From the NCBI RefSeq assembly GCF_050920415.1, contig NZ_CP169309.1: a stretch of DNA of 64,000 nucleotides; one strand, written 5' to 3'. Source of the stretch: Escherichia coli (GTDB lineage Bacteria > Pseudomonadota > Gammaproteobacteria > Enterobacterales > Enterobacteriaceae). Shown here one piece after another: positions 20,954 through 32,235 of this stretch. A model generated the notes under the pieces. That model saw nothing but the letters and a program-made list of their open reading frames with translations, had not been told where the DNA came from and ran no database searches. How positions within the stretch are numbered: position 1 is the first letter of the stretch; each line of letters begins with the position of its first letter. The position numbers and the translations under genes were made by a program.

Positions 20954-22783
20954 CTACTCTTCGTCATCGCCATCGACATGCGCACGGATAAGTGCCATAA
21001 ACGGTTTGCCAAAGCGTTCCAGCTTGCGCATCCCAACGCCGTTAACGCTGAGCATTTCGCTGGCGGTGATTGGCATCTGTTCCGCCATCTCAATCAAGGT
21101 CGCGTCGTTAAACACCACATACGGCGGGACATTACTTTCATCAGCAATGGATTTACGCAGTTTGCGTAATTTGGCGAACAGTTTGCGATCGTAATTGCCA
21201 CCGAACGATTTCTGCATCGCTTTCGGTTTGAGCGCCACAATACGCGGCACGGCAAGTTGTAAAGAGGATTCGCCGCGCAACACAGGCCGTGCGGCTTCTG
21301 TCAGTTGTAATGCCGAATGCTGGGCGATATTTTGCGTCACAAGGCCGAGATGAATCAGCTGGCGGATCACGCTGACCCAATGTTCATGGCTTTTATCACG
21401 GCCCATGCCATAGACTTTCAGTTTGTCATGACCATAGTCGCGGATACGCTGATTATTAGCACCGCGAATCACTTCCACCACATAACCCATACCAAAACGC
21501 TGATTCACCCGACCAATGGTGGAAAGGGCAATCTGTGCATCGGTTGAACCATCGTACTGTTTCGGCGGATCGAGGCAGATATCGCAGTTCCCGCACGGCT
21601 CCTGCCGCCCTTCGCCAAAATAGTTCAGCAGCACCAGACGACGGCAAGTTTGTGCTTCGGCAAACGCGCCCATCGCATTGAGTTTATGACGTTCGATATC
21701 CTGCAACTGCCCTTGCGGCTTCTCTTCAAGGCAACGGCGCAACCACGCCATATCCGCTGGATCGTAAAACAGCATCGCTTCCGCGGGCAGGCCATCACGC
21801 CCGGCGCGTCCGGTTTCCTGATAATAGGATTCGATATTGCGCGGAATATCAAAGTGAACCACGAAGCGGACGTTAGGCTTGTTGATGCCCATGCCGAACG
21901 CTACCGTCGCCACCACAATTTGCAGGTCATCGCGCTGGAATTTTTCCTGCACGTCCGCACGGACATCGTTTTCAAGCCCGGCGTGATAAGCCGCTGCGCT
22001 GATACCCTTGCTTTGCAGACGCGCGGCGGTGTCTTCTACTTTCGCACGACTATTACAGTAAATAATCCCCGACTTACCGCGTTGTTCCTGCACGTAGCGC
22101 ATCAACTGATCGAGCGGTTTGAATTTCTCCATCAGCATGTAGCGAATGTTCGGGCGATCAAAACTGCTGATTTGAATCAGCGGATCGTTCAGCCCCAGCA
22201 GGCGCACGATATCCTGCCGCGTGGTGTCGTCGGCGGTGGCGGTTAGCGCCATAAACGGCAGAGTAGGAAAACGCTGACGCAGCTGACCGAGGGCAGCGTA
22301 TTCCGGGCGGAAATCGTGGCCCCATTGGGAGATACAGTGCGCTTCATCAACGGCTAATAACACTGGATTCCAGTGCGCCAGATGCTCAAGGAAGTTATCC
22401 AGCATCAGGCGTTCCGGCGCGATATACAGCAGGCGGATTTGCCCGGTACGGCAGCCTGTCATTACTTCAAGCTGCTGCTCGCGGGTTTGCGTCGAGTTAA
22501 GACACGCCGCCGCCACGCCGTTGGCTTGCAGTTGATCTACCTGATCTTTCATCAGTGAAATCAGTGGTGAAACAACCACGGTAAGGCCGTTTAGCAATAA
22601 GGCAGGAATTTGATAGCAAAGGGATTTTCCGCCACCAGTGGGCATGACGACCAGGCAATCGCGACCGGAAAGTACGGTGTCAATAATCTCTTCCTGCCCG
22701 GGGCGAAACTGTTGGTAGCCAAAGGTTTCTTGTAAAACCTGTTTAGCCCCGGACTCCAGATTCAACACTTCCGCCTGCGCCAC
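20954..22783 (-). CDS. recQ: ATP-dependent DNA helicase RecQ, 609 aa
   Basis: [34 protein letters not shown]...; DEAH box, HRDC C-terminus. Confidence 0.95.
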   Translation of the reverse strand: MAQAEVLNLESGAKQVLQETFGYQQFRPGQEEIIDTVLSGRDCLVVMPTGGGKSLCYQIPALLLNGLTVVVSPLISLMKDQVDQLQANGVAAACLNSTQTREQQLEVMTGCRTGQIRLLYIAPERLMLDNFLEHLAHWNPVLLAVDEAHCISQWGHDFRPEYAALGQLRQRFPTLPFMALTATADDTTRQDIVRLLGLNDPLIQISSFDRPNIRYMLMEKFKPLDQLMRYVQEQRGKSGIIYCNSRAKVEDTAARLQSKGISAAAYHAGLENDVRADVQEKFQRDDLQIVVATVAFGMGINKPNVRFVVHFDIPRNIESYYQETGRAGRDGLPAEAMLFYDPADMAWLRRCLEEKPQGQLQDIERHKLNAMGAFAEAQTCRRLVLLNYFGEGRQEPCGNCDICLDPPKQYDGSTDAQIALSTIGRVNQRFGMGYVVEVIRGANNQRIRDYGHDKLKVYGMGRDKSHEHWVSVIRQLIHLGLVTQNIAQHSALQLTEAARPVLRGESSLQLAVPRIVALKPKAMQKSFGGNYDRKLFAKLRKLRKSIADESNVPPYVVFNDATLIEMAEQMPITASEMLSVNGVGMRKLERFGKPFMALIRAHVDGDDEE

Positions 22784-22800
22784 ATTAACCCCGATTGCCT

Positions 22801-22833
22801 GAAATAAAAACAGGCGCTATTTTCAGCGCCTGC
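22801..22833 (-). terminator. Intrinsic terminator after pldA
   Basis: Stem CAGGCGCT/AGCGCCTG followed on minus strand by TTTTTATTTCA. Confidence 0.6.
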
Positions 22834-22914
22834 GCGAGAAACTGCAATGCTTTTAGTCTCTGAGAGGGTAATCCTGGATGCTGGATTCCAGTTTTGCCTT
22901 TCAATCAACTCACA

Positions 22915-23784
22915 TTAGAACAAGTCGTTCAGCATAACCCCCACACCCACACGGGTCTGGTTAAAGTTATAGTCTATGAGCGATTCGCCATAACCGCTGT
23001 AAATCTGGGTATAAAGGCGCACATGCCTGGTGATCGGGTAACTTAAGCCTAACTCCGCACCACCGTAACCGGTGTTCCAGTTGTACTGTCCTTTCGCACT
23101 CAGCACCGCATCACCCAGGTGATAGCCGATTTTAAGCTGGTAGTAACCCATATATTTGGTGATATCTGGGTTATCGTCAGTATTCCCCACCACATACCAC
23201 GGCTTCACCTCTACCAGCCAGTTACCGTTTTCTGCCATCAGACGGGTATAAAGGCGGTTCCAGCTGCGGGAAGTCGGGTCTGAACGCCCGTTAGAGTCGT
23301 GGTTATAACCCATCTCCACATCGCGCAGCGTCCAGCCAGCAAAGCGGTAATCGGTGGCAAAGCCAAGGAACAATTGCGGTTCGTAGTTGGTTTCACGAAA
23401 CGGTGAAGACTCTTCGCTGTTGGACAGTTGCCACCAGGATTTTTGCGTGTAAGAAGCCCCCAACACCGAGTTTGGCCCCAATATTCCGCGCCACAGCGGA
23501 AATGCCAGGCTCAACTGGAATTTCACTTCATCCTTACGCGCATTTTCCGCCCAGTCGTAACTGGCAATCGCTTCTTTATTCAGATCGCTGGTTTGGGTGT
23601 AGATGAGGTAGTTGGTGTCATAAGGATAGAGCGTGAAAGGATTGTCATGCTCCTGCAGCATATTCGCGATAATACTGCCACGCACCGCAGGCGTGTCATG
23701 CACCTCTTTCACCGTTGCCTCTTGCGCATACACTGCCATTGGCAACATAAACACCGGCAACAACCAGCCCTGCAGAGTCCGCAT
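22915..23784 (-). CDS. pldA: Outer-membrane phospholipase A, 289 aa
   Basis: MRTLQGWLLPVFMLPMAVYAQEATVKEVHDTPAVRGSI... Confidence 0.95.
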   Translation of the reverse strand: MRTLQGWLLPVFMLPMAVYAQEATVKEVHDTPAVRGSIIANMLQEHDNPFTLYPYDTNYLIYTQTSDLNKEAIASYDWAENARKDEVKFQLSLAFPLWRGILGPNSVLGASYTQKSWWQLSNSEESSPFRETNYEPQLFLGFATDYRFAGWTLRDVEMGYNHDSNGRSDPTSRSWNRLYTRLMAENGNWLVEVKPWYVVGNTDDNPDITKYMGYYQLKIGYHLGDAVLSAKGQYNWNTGYGGAELGLSYPITRHVRLYTQIYSGYGESLIDYNFNQTRVGVGVMLNDLF

Positions 23785-23948
23785 CGGTCGTGTTCTCCGT
23801 AACGAATTATTGATTAGATGAATATTTTTCTGCGGGCTATTTTACATACTTAACTCCTTTGCCGTTAGTTATCCCTTCCTAAAGTAGAAACCAACAAAAA
23901 AGAAGCATAAAATCAACATTTCATTAACCAATGAAGTGTAAGGATGAT

Positions 23949-24416
23949 ATGTCTGCCGTACTGACCGCTGAACAAGCCCTGAAATTAGTGGGTGAGATGT
24001 TTGTTTATCACATGCCATTTAACCGTGCGTTAGGGATGGAACTGGAGCGTTACGAAAAAGAGTTCGCACAGCTGGCCTTTAAAAATCAGCCAATGATGGT
24101 GGGTAACTGGGCGCAAAGCATTTTGCACGGCGGGGTCATTGCGTCGGCGCTGGATGTCGCCGCAGGTCTGGTGTGCGTGGGAAGTACCTTAACCCGCCAC
24201 GAAACCATCAGTGAAGATGAACTACGCCAGCGGCTATCGCGGATGGGGACCATTGATCTTCGCGTCGATTATCTGCGCCCAGGCAGGGGTGAGCGTTTTA
24301 CTGCTACCAGTAGTCTGTTGCGTGCGGGCAATAAAGTCGCCGTCGCCCGCGTTGAATTACACAATGAAGAACAGCTTTATATAGCCAGTGCCACCGCCAC
24401 CTATATGGTAGGTTGA
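23949..24416 (+). CDS. yigI: YigI thioesterase-fold protein, 155 aa
   Basis: Track frame 23931..24416; start set at [18 protein letters not shown]... with AAGGA upstream. Confidence 0.85.
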   Translation: MSAVLTAEQALKLVGEMFVYHMPFNRALGMELERYEKEFAQLAFKNQPMMVGNWAQSILHGGVIASALDVAAGLVCVGSTLTRHETISEDELRQRLSRMGTIDLRVDYLRPGRGERFTATSSLLRAGNKVAVARVELHNEEQLYIASATATYMVG

Positions 24417-24467
24417 TAACGTAAAAGCAGGTAAACTGCTGTTACCAATTAAAAATGAGTATTCCCG

Positions 24468-25358
24468 ATGGATGCAAAACAAACGCGGCAGGGCGTATTA
24501 CTCGCTCTTGCCGCTTATTTTATTTGGGGTATTGCGCCAGCGTACTTCAAGCTGATTTACTACGTGCCCGCCGATGAGATCCTGACGCATCGCGTGATCT
24601 GGTCGTTTTTCTTTATGGTGGTGCTGATGAGCATCTGCCGCCAGTGGTCTTATTTAAAAACGCTAATTCAGACGCCACAGAAAATTTTTATGCTGGCCGT
24701 CTCTGCCGTACTGATTGGCGGCAACTGGCTACTGTTTATCTGGGCGGTGAACAATCACCATATGCTGGAAGCGAGCCTCGGTTATTTTATTAACCCACTG
24801 GTGAACATTGTGCTGGGGATGATTTTCCTCGGCGAGCGATTCCGCCGGATGCAATGGCTGGCGGTGATTCTGGCGATATGTGGTGTATTGGTCCAGCTCT
24901 GGACTTTTGGTTCGCTGCCAATCATCGCGCTGGGGCTGGCGTTTAGTTTTGCCTTCTACGGCCTGGTACGCAAGAAAATTGCCGTTGAAGCGCAAACCGG
25001 CATGTTAATCGAAACCATGTGGCTGCTGCCCGTGGCGGCGATTTACCTGTTTGCTATTGCCGACAGCTCAACCAGCCATATGGGGCAAAACCCGATGTCG
25101 CTTAATTTACTGCTGATCGCCGCCGGTATTGTCACCACCGTTCCACTGTTGTGTTTTACTGCGGCTGCGACACGCCTGCGTCTCTCAACGTTAGGCTTTT
25201 TTCAGTACATTGGCCCGACGCTGATGTTCCTGCTGGCTGTGACGTTTTATGGTGAAAAACCGGGTGCCGATAAGATGGTGACCTTCGCCTTTATTTGGGT
25301 GGCGCTGGCAATTTTTGTGATGGATGCGATTTATACGCAGCGTAGAACGTCCAAATAA
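24468..25358 (+). CDS. rarD: RarD EamA-family transporter, 296 aa
   Basis: MDAKQTRQGVLLALAAYFIWGIAPAYFKLIYYVPADEILTHRV... Confidence 0.95.
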   Translation: MDAKQTRQGVLLALAAYFIWGIAPAYFKLIYYVPADEILTHRVIWSFFFMVVLMSICRQWSYLKTLIQTPQKIFMLAVSAVLIGGNWLLFIWAVNNHHMLEASLGYFINPLVNIVLGMIFLGERFRRMQWLAVILAICGVLVQLWTFGSLPIIALGLAFSFAFYGLVRKKIAVEAQTGMLIETMWLLPVAAIYLFAIADSSTSHMGQNPMSLNLLLIAAGIVTTVPLLCFTAAATRLRLSTLGFFQYIGPTLMFLLAVTFYGEKPGADKMVTFAFIWVALAIFVMDAIYTQRRTSK

Positions 25359-25668
25359 AAAATAAATATATTCTGAAAAAATATGCCGACTCTTGCATGA
25401 GAGTGGGCATATTGCCATGCTGACAGGAGACTCACATAAGGAAAGGCAGAATTTCCAGACGTCGTTGTATATTTTCATTTGCTTTAATAAATTTCATTTT
25501 TGGTAAATTCAGCATTATGTTATTAGCGATGAGCAAGACCAATCATTAACCAAGTTCTCTTCAGAATGTAATGAAAAATGTGAAGTGCATTTCTTTTTTA
25601 AAATTTTTTTACCCTATTATTTCTTATCAAATTAACATTGCCCTTAATTATAAGAAAGGAGAATATAA

Positions 25669-26517
25669 ATGAACAACATATTAGGCTCATCAATTAATAT
25701 GCCCTGTACACTTTTCGAAACTATTACTTTATTCGATGATTTTTCTGCTGATGATATGCAGTATGGGGATATGGAAGAACAAGATTTTCTCTCACTCGGC
25801 TTAAGCGACATCTCTGCAAAAGTTGATCCTTACCGCCTCATTAAATACCATTTTCCTGGGCCGAATTCTACTTATGGTGCTTTTAGTGTTCCAACTTCTG
25901 GAACAAAAATATCACAAAGTGAATGTATTGATATTTTATTTGCAGAAATGAAAGATCTGGCAAAAATGTTTTCCTTTTTTGGACAATACAAAACACTCAT
26001 CCAGGATCTGATTGATCATTTTAGATATGGAAATGGCAACAGTTTCCATAGCCAGGAATTGAACTTATCTTTTCATGAACGAATAAACAAATATGATTAT
26101 AATAGCCCAATACGTGTAATCAAAGAATGTATCGAAAATGATATTTCTTCAACACCTACGATAGGATACCGGCCTCTTCTCCTACAAAAGATTAAGACCG
26201 AATTACTTTCATCAAGACTAAATAAATTCAATGATTTTAAAGATAATTTTAATGGCCTGGGAATCAGCATTCATGATATCTCAGCTCAAAAAATATCTCT
26301 TTTAAATTTTCAAAAATATCCTATGGGCTGGAGCGCTACCATTCATTTCATAGCACAAGACCACTTTGGTTTGGATGTGACTGATATAAAAAACAAGATT
26401 TACAACAAGTATAGATTTTTTCGCATATGGTTCTTTTTACAACGGCATAAAGACTTTGCTTTCAAACCTTTTTTTACCAATTTTAACACTATCGAAAGAA
26501 TCGAAAATTATCTATGA
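25669..26517 (+). CDS. Hypothetical protein, 282 aa, AT-rich gene at the yigG/yigF position
   Basis: Long ORF in AT-rich DNA with a Shine-Dalgarno AAGGAG 7 nt upstream; no family I can assign. Confidence 0.6.
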   Translation: MNNILGSSINMPCTLFETITLFDDFSADDMQYGDMEEQDFLSLGLSDISAKVDPYRLIKYHFPGPNSTYGAFSVPTSGTKISQSECIDILFAEMKDLAKMFSFFGQYKTLIQDLIDHFRYGNGNSFHSQELNLSFHERINKYDYNSPIRVIKECIENDISSTPTIGYRPLLLQKIKTELLSSRLNKFNDFKDNFNGLGISIHDISAQKISLLNFQKYPMGWSATIHFIAQDHFGLDVTDIKNKIYNKYRFFRIWFFLQRHKDFAFKPFFTNFNTIERIENYL

Positions 26518-26942
26518 AAAGCAAACTCCAGAAAATTATATTATATTTATTTCTTATATGCTGCATCTATAATTTATGGACATTGCGTCCTGTACAGATT
26601 TTGTATACATACTCTGATGCTGGCAATTCAGTCTTTCTGGTCGTTGATCATCTGCCATGGACTGATAGCGATAAAATAAATTGGTATCTGAAGCATCAGG
26701 ATGAAATTAAAAGTCAAAATCCCCTACCAGAAGGTAGTTGGCATACCTGGTATGTTATTGATATCGGTAATGGCTTCACTGACTATAAAAAATATATCGA
26801 AGGGCTGTATGAAGATCTCTACTGTTTCCCGACGATTAAGAGCAATGATAATTGCATCGTAAAAAACTATTTAATGGTTATTAATGAATATCCTTACCGT
26901 AATACTCATTTTTTATTGCTGATAACAATGAGTATCAACTAA
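26514..26942 (+). CDS. Hypothetical small protein with N-terminal hydrophobic segment, 142 aa, translationally coupled to upstream gene
   Basis: ATGA start/stop overlap with 25669..26517; MKSKLQKIILYLFLICCIYNLW signal/anchor-like N-terminus. Confidence 0.6.
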   Translation: MKSKLQKIILYLFLICCIYNLWTLRPVQILYTYSDAGNSVFLVVDHLPWTDSDKINWYLKHQDEIKSQNPLPEGSWHTWYVIDIGNGFTDYKKYIEGLYEDLYCFPTIKSNDNCIVKNYLMVINEYPYRNTHFLLLITMSIN

Positions 26943-27045
26943 CCCAGGAAAATAAGATAGAGCGAGTGTTCAACCCGCATGACTTTGAAAAAGACAATTT
27001 TCAGCAATAAGCCGGATAAAGAACAATCTTTACCCGGCATTTATA

Positions 27046-27996
27046 TTACAACCAGTTCTTCCGCTTAAAGTAAAGATACGGTGCCAGGCCCGCGAGGATC
27101 ATAAAGATAATCGCGCCTGGGTAGCCGAAGCTCCACTTCAGTTCCGGCATAAACTCAAAGTTCATCCCGTAGCTGGAAGCGACCAGCGTCGGTGGCAGGA
27201 ACACCACGGATACCACCGAGAAGATTTTAATGATGCGGTTCTGCTCGATATTGATAAAGCCCATCGCCGCCTGCATCAGGAAGTTCACCTTCTGGAACAG
27301 GGATTCGTTATGCGGCAGCAGGGATTCGATATCTCGCAGGATTTCACGCGCCTGCTCCAGTTGCCCACCCGGTAAGCGTGCTTTACGTACCAGGAAGTTG
27401 AGCGCGCGCTGGGTATCCATCAGACACAGGCGAACTTTCCAGCCGATATCTTCCAGTTCCGCCAGCGTGGAGAGCGCCTCGTCGTACTCATCGCCCTGAT
27501 GCCCTTCCATAATCACCCGGCTCAACTGCTCCAGGTCGCTGTAGATATTTTCAATTTCATCTGCCAGCTGTTCGATTTTGGTTTCGAACAGATCCAACAG
27601 CAGCTCGTAGGCGTTACCGTCCACCATTGACTGGCTACGGGCGCGCATACGATACAGACGGAATGCAGGCAGTTCACGCTCACGCAGAGTAAACAGACGA
27701 CCATCACGGATGGTAAATGCCACAGTGGAGTTACCGGCGTGATCTTCCGCATCTTCAAAGAAGAAGAAGGAGTGAATATGCAGGCCGTCATCGTCTTCAA
27801 AGAAACGCGCTGATGCTTCGATGTCTTCCAGTTCCGGGCGTGTTGCCAGGCTCTGGCCAAGTTCAGATTGTACGCGCAGTCGCTCGTCGTCGTCCGGTTC
27901 GACAAGATCAATCCATACTGCATTTACAAGGGGTTGTGACTCTTCGACTTCCAGCCGGGTCAGTCGGTTATTTTCCAGTTGAAATGCGCTCAGCAT
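27046..27996 (-). CDS. corA: CorA Mg2+/Co2+ transporter, 316 aa
   Basis: Track frame to 28011; start set at [17 protein letters not shown]...; C-terminal [11 protein letters not shown] motif. Confidence 0.95.
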   Translation of the reverse strand: MLSAFQLENNRLTRLEVEESQPLVNAVWIDLVEPDDDERLRVQSELGQSLATRPELEDIEASARFFEDDDGLHIHSFFFFEDAEDHAGNSTVAFTIRDGRLFTLRERELPAFRLYRMRARSQSMVDGNAYELLLDLFETKIEQLADEIENIYSDLEQLSRVIMEGHQGDEYDEALSTLAELEDIGWKVRLCLMDTQRALNFLVRKARLPGGQLEQAREILRDIESLLPHNESLFQKVNFLMQAAMGFINIEQNRIIKIFSVVSVVFLPPTLVASSYGMNFEFMPELKWSFGYPGAIIFMILAGLAPYLYFKRKNWL

Positions 27997-28365
27997 GACC
28001 GGGACTCCCAATGCTTAAAATATCGGACAGTTCGGTGGGCACACAGAAACAAATTGGGTTTCAGACCATTAAACAGCCTGACTCAGCGCGACGGGAAAAA
28101 TTGAGGTCGCTGACAACCGCTAAGGCTATCAGCAAAAAGGGATAGCCTTAGGAGTTGATCCTGGATGACAGGATAATGAGCCAGTATCTACTGGGTGTGT
28201 CCAAGGCGAATGTCCTCTTAGAGTGATCGTGCGCGCATGTTACGCCAGCAAAATTTTGCCGTCAACACGCAACAGAACACCACAGAACAATAGTTGAACT
28301 TCGCGCTTTTTGGTACTCGTCAAGGTCGCTAACAGGATAAAAAAATCCCACATCCAGGACCTATA

Positions 28366-29130
28366 ATGGCGCATCGGCTACTCATTGGTAAAGGAATGAT
28401 CACCTTGAATCTCAAACGGATTTTTCTCGCCCTCACCTTACTTCCCTTGTTTGCTGTTGCCGCTGATGATTGCGCACTATCAGATCCGACACTGACCATA
28501 CAGGCGTATACCGTTAATCCTCAAACAGAGCGGGTGAAAATGTACTGGCAAAAAGCCAATGGCGAAGCGTGGGAAACGTTACATGCGCTGCTGACGGATA
28601 TTAATAGTCAGGGTCAGGTGCAAATGGCGATGAACGGCAGCATCTATGATGAAAGCTATGCGCCGCTCGGTTTGTACATCGAAAACGGTCAGCAGAAGGT
28701 GGCGTTAAATCTCGCTTCAGGTGAAGGGAATTTCTTTATCCGTCCTGGCGGTGTGTTTTATGTCGCGGGAGATAAAGTCGGCATCGTTCGTCTGGATGCC
28801 TTTAAAACCAGTAAAGAGATTCAGTTCGCGGTGCAGTCAGGGCCAATGTTGATGGAAAACGGCGTCATTAATCCGCGTATTCATCCCAACGTCGCCTCAC
28901 GCAAAATTCGTAACGGTGTTGGGATTAATAAACAAGGGAACGCCGTGTTTTTGTTGAGCCAGCAGGTGACAAATTTTTATGATTTTGCCTGTTATGCCAA
29001 AACGAAACTGAACGTTGAGCAACTGCTTTATCTTGATGGCACGATTTCACATATGTATGTGAAAGGCGGGGCAATCCCGTGGCAACGCTATCCTTTTGTT
29101 ACCATGATTTCCGTCGAGCAGAAAAGTTAA
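28366..29130 (+). CDS. yigE: YigE, secreted protein of unknown function, 254 aa
   Basis: MAHRLLIGKGMITLNLKRIFLALTLLPLFAVAADD..., signal peptide. Confidence 0.85.
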   Translation: MAHRLLIGKGMITLNLKRIFLALTLLPLFAVAADDCALSDPTLTIQAYTVNPQTERVKMYWQKANGEAWETLHALLTDINSQGQVQMAMNGSIYDESYAPLGLYIENGQQKVALNLASGEGNFFIRPGGVFYVAGDKVGIVRLDAFKTSKEIQFAVQSGPMLMENGVINPRIHPNVASRKIRNGVGINKQGNAVFLLSQQVTNFYDFACYAKTKLNVEQLLYLDGTISHMYVKGGAIPWQRYPFVTMISVEQKS

Positions 29131-29165
29131 AACAACCGTTTTGTGTCACTGAATATGGTGCAGAT

Positions 29166-29270
29166 GCCGGATGCGGCGCAAACGCCTTACCCGGCCTACA
29201 TGACATTGCAATTTATTGAATCTACATGATTTTGTAGGCCGGATAAGGTGCGCAGCACCGCATCCGGCAA
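29166..29270. repeat. REP pair (BIME) between yigE and uvrD
   Basis: gccggatgcggcgcaaacgccttacccggcctac ... gtaggccggataaggtgcgcagcaccgcatccggca. Confidence 0.8.
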
Positions 29271-29272
29271 CG

Positions 29273-31435
29273 TTATACCGTCTCCAGCCGGGCGTAAGCC
29301 GCCACCAGCCATTTAATACCCTGGCCCTGGAATGCCACCTGCAAACGGCTATGCTCACCGCTGCCTTCCATATTGACGATGGTGCCTTCACCAAACTTGG
29401 CGTGGCGTACGCGCTGGCCGAGCTTGTAGCCGCTGTCGTTCTCGACCATCGGCGTACCCATCCGTTGATGGCTGACCGGGCGGCTTACCGTAGCGCGTAA
29501 ACGCACCTCTTCCACACACTCTTCCGGCAGCTCACCAATAAAGCGCGACGGGCGATGGTAAACCTCTTTGCCATACAGACGGCGGGTTTCCGCGTAGGTC
29601 AGTGTCAGTTTCTGCATCGCGCGGGTTACGCCAACGTAGGCCAGACGGCGTTCTTCTTCCAGACGCCCGCCTTCATCCAGCGACATCTGGCTTGGGAACA
29701 TGCCCTCTTCCATACCAACAATAAACACCTGCGGGAATTCCAGACCTTTCGCCGAGTGTAGCGTCATCAGCTGTACCGCATCCTGCCAGGTATCCGCCTG
29801 CCCTTCACCTGCTTCCAGTGCCGCATGGGAGAGGAACGCCTGCAGCGGCATTAAATCTTCGTCTTCTTCGTTGTAGCTGAACTGGCGCGTTGCCGTCACC
29901 AGTTCCTCTAAGTTTTCGATACGCGTCTGGCCTTTTTCGCCCTTCTCCTGCTCGTACATGGTGCGCAGGCCGGAGTCTTTAATTACCCGGTCAGTCTGTA
30001 CATGCAGCGGCATATCGGCAGTTTCTTGCGCTAAGGCGTCGATCAGTTCCATAAACCGTTGCAAAGCGCTGGCAGCACGCCCGGCGAGCGCTTTTTCCTG
30101 CAATAATTCGCGGCACGCCTGCCAGAGTGTTAACTGGCGATCGCGCGATGTCTGACGTACCACGTCCAGCGTCCGGTCACCAATACCCCGCGTTGGCGTA
30201 TTCACCACGCGCTCAAAGGCCGCGTCGTCGTTACGGTTGGCAATCAGGCGCAGATACGAGAGCGCATCTTTGATTTCCTGGCGTTCGAAGAAGCGCATCC
30301 CGCCATAAATACGGTACGGCATACTGGCTTGTAATAACGCCTCTTCCAGCACGCGCGACTGGGCGTTGCTGCGATAGAGAATGGCGCACTCGGCGAGCGC
30401 CCCGCCCTTGTCCTGCCAGGTCTTGATGCGGTTAACCACAAAACGCGCTTCGTCGAGTTCGTTAAAAGCGCAATAGAGGGAAATCGGCTCACCGTCCGCG
30501 CCATCGGTCCACAACTTTTTACCCAAACGCCCGTTGTTGTTTTCAATCAGGGCGTTCGCCGCGCTCAGGATATTGCTGGTAGAGCGGTAGTTTTGCTCCA
30601 GACGGATAGTTTCGGCACCGGGGAAATCATTGAGGAAACGCTGAATATTCTCTACCTGCGCCCCACGCCAGCCGTAGATTGACTGGTCGTCATCGCCAAC
30701 AATCATCACTTTGCCAGTATCGCCCGCCAGCAGGCGGATCCACGCGTACTGAATGTTGTTGGTATCCTGGAATTCGTCCACCAGGATATTGGTAAAACGT
30801 TCGCGGTAGTGTTGCAGGATATGCGGCTTGTTAAGCCACAGTTCGTGGGCGCGTAGCAGTAGTTCAGCGAAGTCCACCAGGCCCGCGCGGTCACACGCTT
30901 CCTGATACGCCTGGTACACCTTCTGCCAGGTCTGCTCCACCGGATTACCGTAGCTTTGAATATGATGCGGACGCAGCCCTTCATCTTTCTGGCTGTTGAT
31001 GTACCACATTGCCTGGCGCGGCGGCCACTGCTTCTCGTCGAGGTTCATGGCTTTGATCAGACGCTTAAGCAGGCGCAGCTGGTCTTCGCTGTCGAGGATC
31101 TGGAAATCCTGCGGCAGGTTGGCGTCCATATGGTGCGCACGCAGCAGACGGTGTGCCAGCCCGTGGAAAGTGCCGACCCACATACCGCCCTGGCTGGTAC
31201 CCATCAGTTGCCCGATACGATGGCGCATTTCCGCCGCCGCTTTGTTGGTAAATGTCACCGCCATAATCGAGTACGGCGAGCAGTTTTCCACGCTCATCAG
31301 CCAGGCGATACGATGCACCAGTACGCGCGTCTTACCACTGCCCGCGCCCGCCAGCACCAAAAGGTTGCTGCGTGGCGCGGCCACCGCTTCGCGCTGTTTG
31401 TCATTAAGGCTGTCGAGCAGGTAAGAAACGTCCAT
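29273..31435 (-). CDS. uvrD: UvrD DNA helicase II, 720 aa
   Basis: Track frame extends to 31621; start set at MDVSYLLDSLNDKQREAVAAPRSNLLVLAGAGSGKTRV... Confidence 0.95.
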   Translation of the reverse strand: MDVSYLLDSLNDKQREAVAAPRSNLLVLAGAGSGKTRVLVHRIAWLMSVENCSPYSIMAVTFTNKAAAEMRHRIGQLMGTSQGGMWVGTFHGLAHRLLRAHHMDANLPQDFQILDSEDQLRLLKRLIKAMNLDEKQWPPRQAMWYINSQKDEGLRPHHIQSYGNPVEQTWQKVYQAYQEACDRAGLVDFAELLLRAHELWLNKPHILQHYRERFTNILVDEFQDTNNIQYAWIRLLAGDTGKVMIVGDDDQSIYGWRGAQVENIQRFLNDFPGAETIRLEQNYRSTSNILSAANALIENNNGRLGKKLWTDGADGEPISLYCAFNELDEARFVVNRIKTWQDKGGALAECAILYRSNAQSRVLEEALLQASMPYRIYGGMRFFERQEIKDALSYLRLIANRNDDAAFERVVNTPTRGIGDRTLDVVRQTSRDRQLTLWQACRELLQEKALAGRAASALQRFMELIDALAQETADMPLHVQTDRVIKDSGLRTMYEQEKGEKGQTRIENLEELVTATRQFSYNEEDEDLMPLQAFLSHAALEAGEGQADTWQDAVQLMTLHSAKGLEFPQVFIVGMEEGMFPSQMSLDEGGRLEEERRLAYVGVTRAMQKLTLTYAETRRLYGKEVYHRPSRFIGELPEECVEEVRLRATVSRPVSHQRMGTPMVENDSGYKLGQRVRHAKFGEGTIVNMEGSGEHSRLQVAFQGQGIKWLVAAYARLETV

Positions 31436-31493
31436 TGGCACCGCCGCGTAAAAATAGGTTGGGCGGAGAAGCGCAACGCCCTCCGCCAAAAAG

Positions 31494-31509
31494 CTGGGTA
31501 TATATACAG
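31494..31509 (-). promoter_or_regulatory. LexA (SOS) box upstream of uvrD
   Basis: Minus-strand CTGTATATATACCCAG, matching CTGT-N8-ACAG consensus, about 60 bp upstream of uvrD ATG. Confidence 0.7.
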
Positions 31510-31518
31510 ATTTGCTGA

Positions 31519-32235
31519 TTATATCAGCGAGGTCAGAGATGCCAACCGGGAAATTTCCAGATGCGGGAGTAAACGGCTGTCCCAGGTTTGCATCAGATCG
31601 CCATTTTCCGGTCTGATCCAACAGGCCTGCATTCCGCTGCGAATTGCCCCACCCACGTCAGTGGTGAGATCGTCCCCGACATGTAAGATCTCGCCGATCG
31701 GCACGTTGAGTTTTTCCGCCGCCAGGAAGTACATATCGCTGAACGGTTTTGAGCGCCCGTGCGGGCCAGCACGCAGCACAAACTCAAAATAATCCCCCAA
31801 ACCAAACAGCTCCGGCTGGGCGTTACCGTTGGTGATCGCCACCAGCGGCCATTTCTTCGCCAGCTGTTTTAAGGTGTCGTGGGTTTGCTGCGGAACGTCG
31901 ATCCGGCTACGCCATTTGGCAAAGTTGATCATTGCCGCGTGTGCGCCTGCACTGGCTTCTTCTGCGCTCAGCCCGGCGTCAAGCATCGCTTGTTCTATTG
32001 AGCGAAAACGCCAGCGCGTCACATCATGATAAATCTCGGGTTCCGCTTCCCGTACCGCCTGACGCAGACGTTGCAGATCTTCATTCTGGAAGCTGCGCAG
32101 CGCCGGATGGTAATTTTGCACAAAGGTAAGCGCCTCCTGCTCAGTGCGCAAAATCACCGGACGGTTATCGTAAAGGGTATCATCCAGGTCAAAGGTGAGC
32201 GCCGAGATGCGCCCCAAAGGCCGGTAAAAACGCAT
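31519..32235 (-). CDS. yigB: YigB HAD-family FMN phosphatase, 238 aa
   Basis: [28 protein letters not shown]... Confidence 0.9.
   Translation of the reverse strand: MRFYRPLGRISALTFDLDDTLYDNRPVILRTEQEALTFVQNYHPALRSFQNEDLQRLRQAVREAEPEIYHDVTRWRFRSIEQAMLDAGLSAEEASAGAHAAMINFAKWRSRIDVPQQTHDTLKQLAKKWPLVAITNGNAQPELFGLGDYFEFVLRAGPHGRSKPFSDMYFLAAEKLNVPIGEILHVGDDLTTDVGGAIRSGMQACWIRPENGDLMQTWDSRLLPHLEISRLASLTSLI

Noticed and set aside
21650-22246. 198-aa plus-strand ORF, with other long antisense ORFs of the same kind (1068..1460, 13868..14446, 16798..17565, 30956..31792, 45743..46495, 58779..59390)
   Set aside because: Each lies entirely antisense within a well-supported core gene (recQ, ubiJ/ubiE, metE, yigM, uvrD, aslA, wecC); the translations are low-complexity and Arg/His-rich, as expected for shadow ORFs in GC-rich coding DNA
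22784-22914. LexA box upstream of recQ
   Set aside because: The only CTG...CAG dyad found (CTGgatgctggattcCAG) has 12-nt spacing, not the CTGT-N8-ACAG geometry; not convincing from sequence alone
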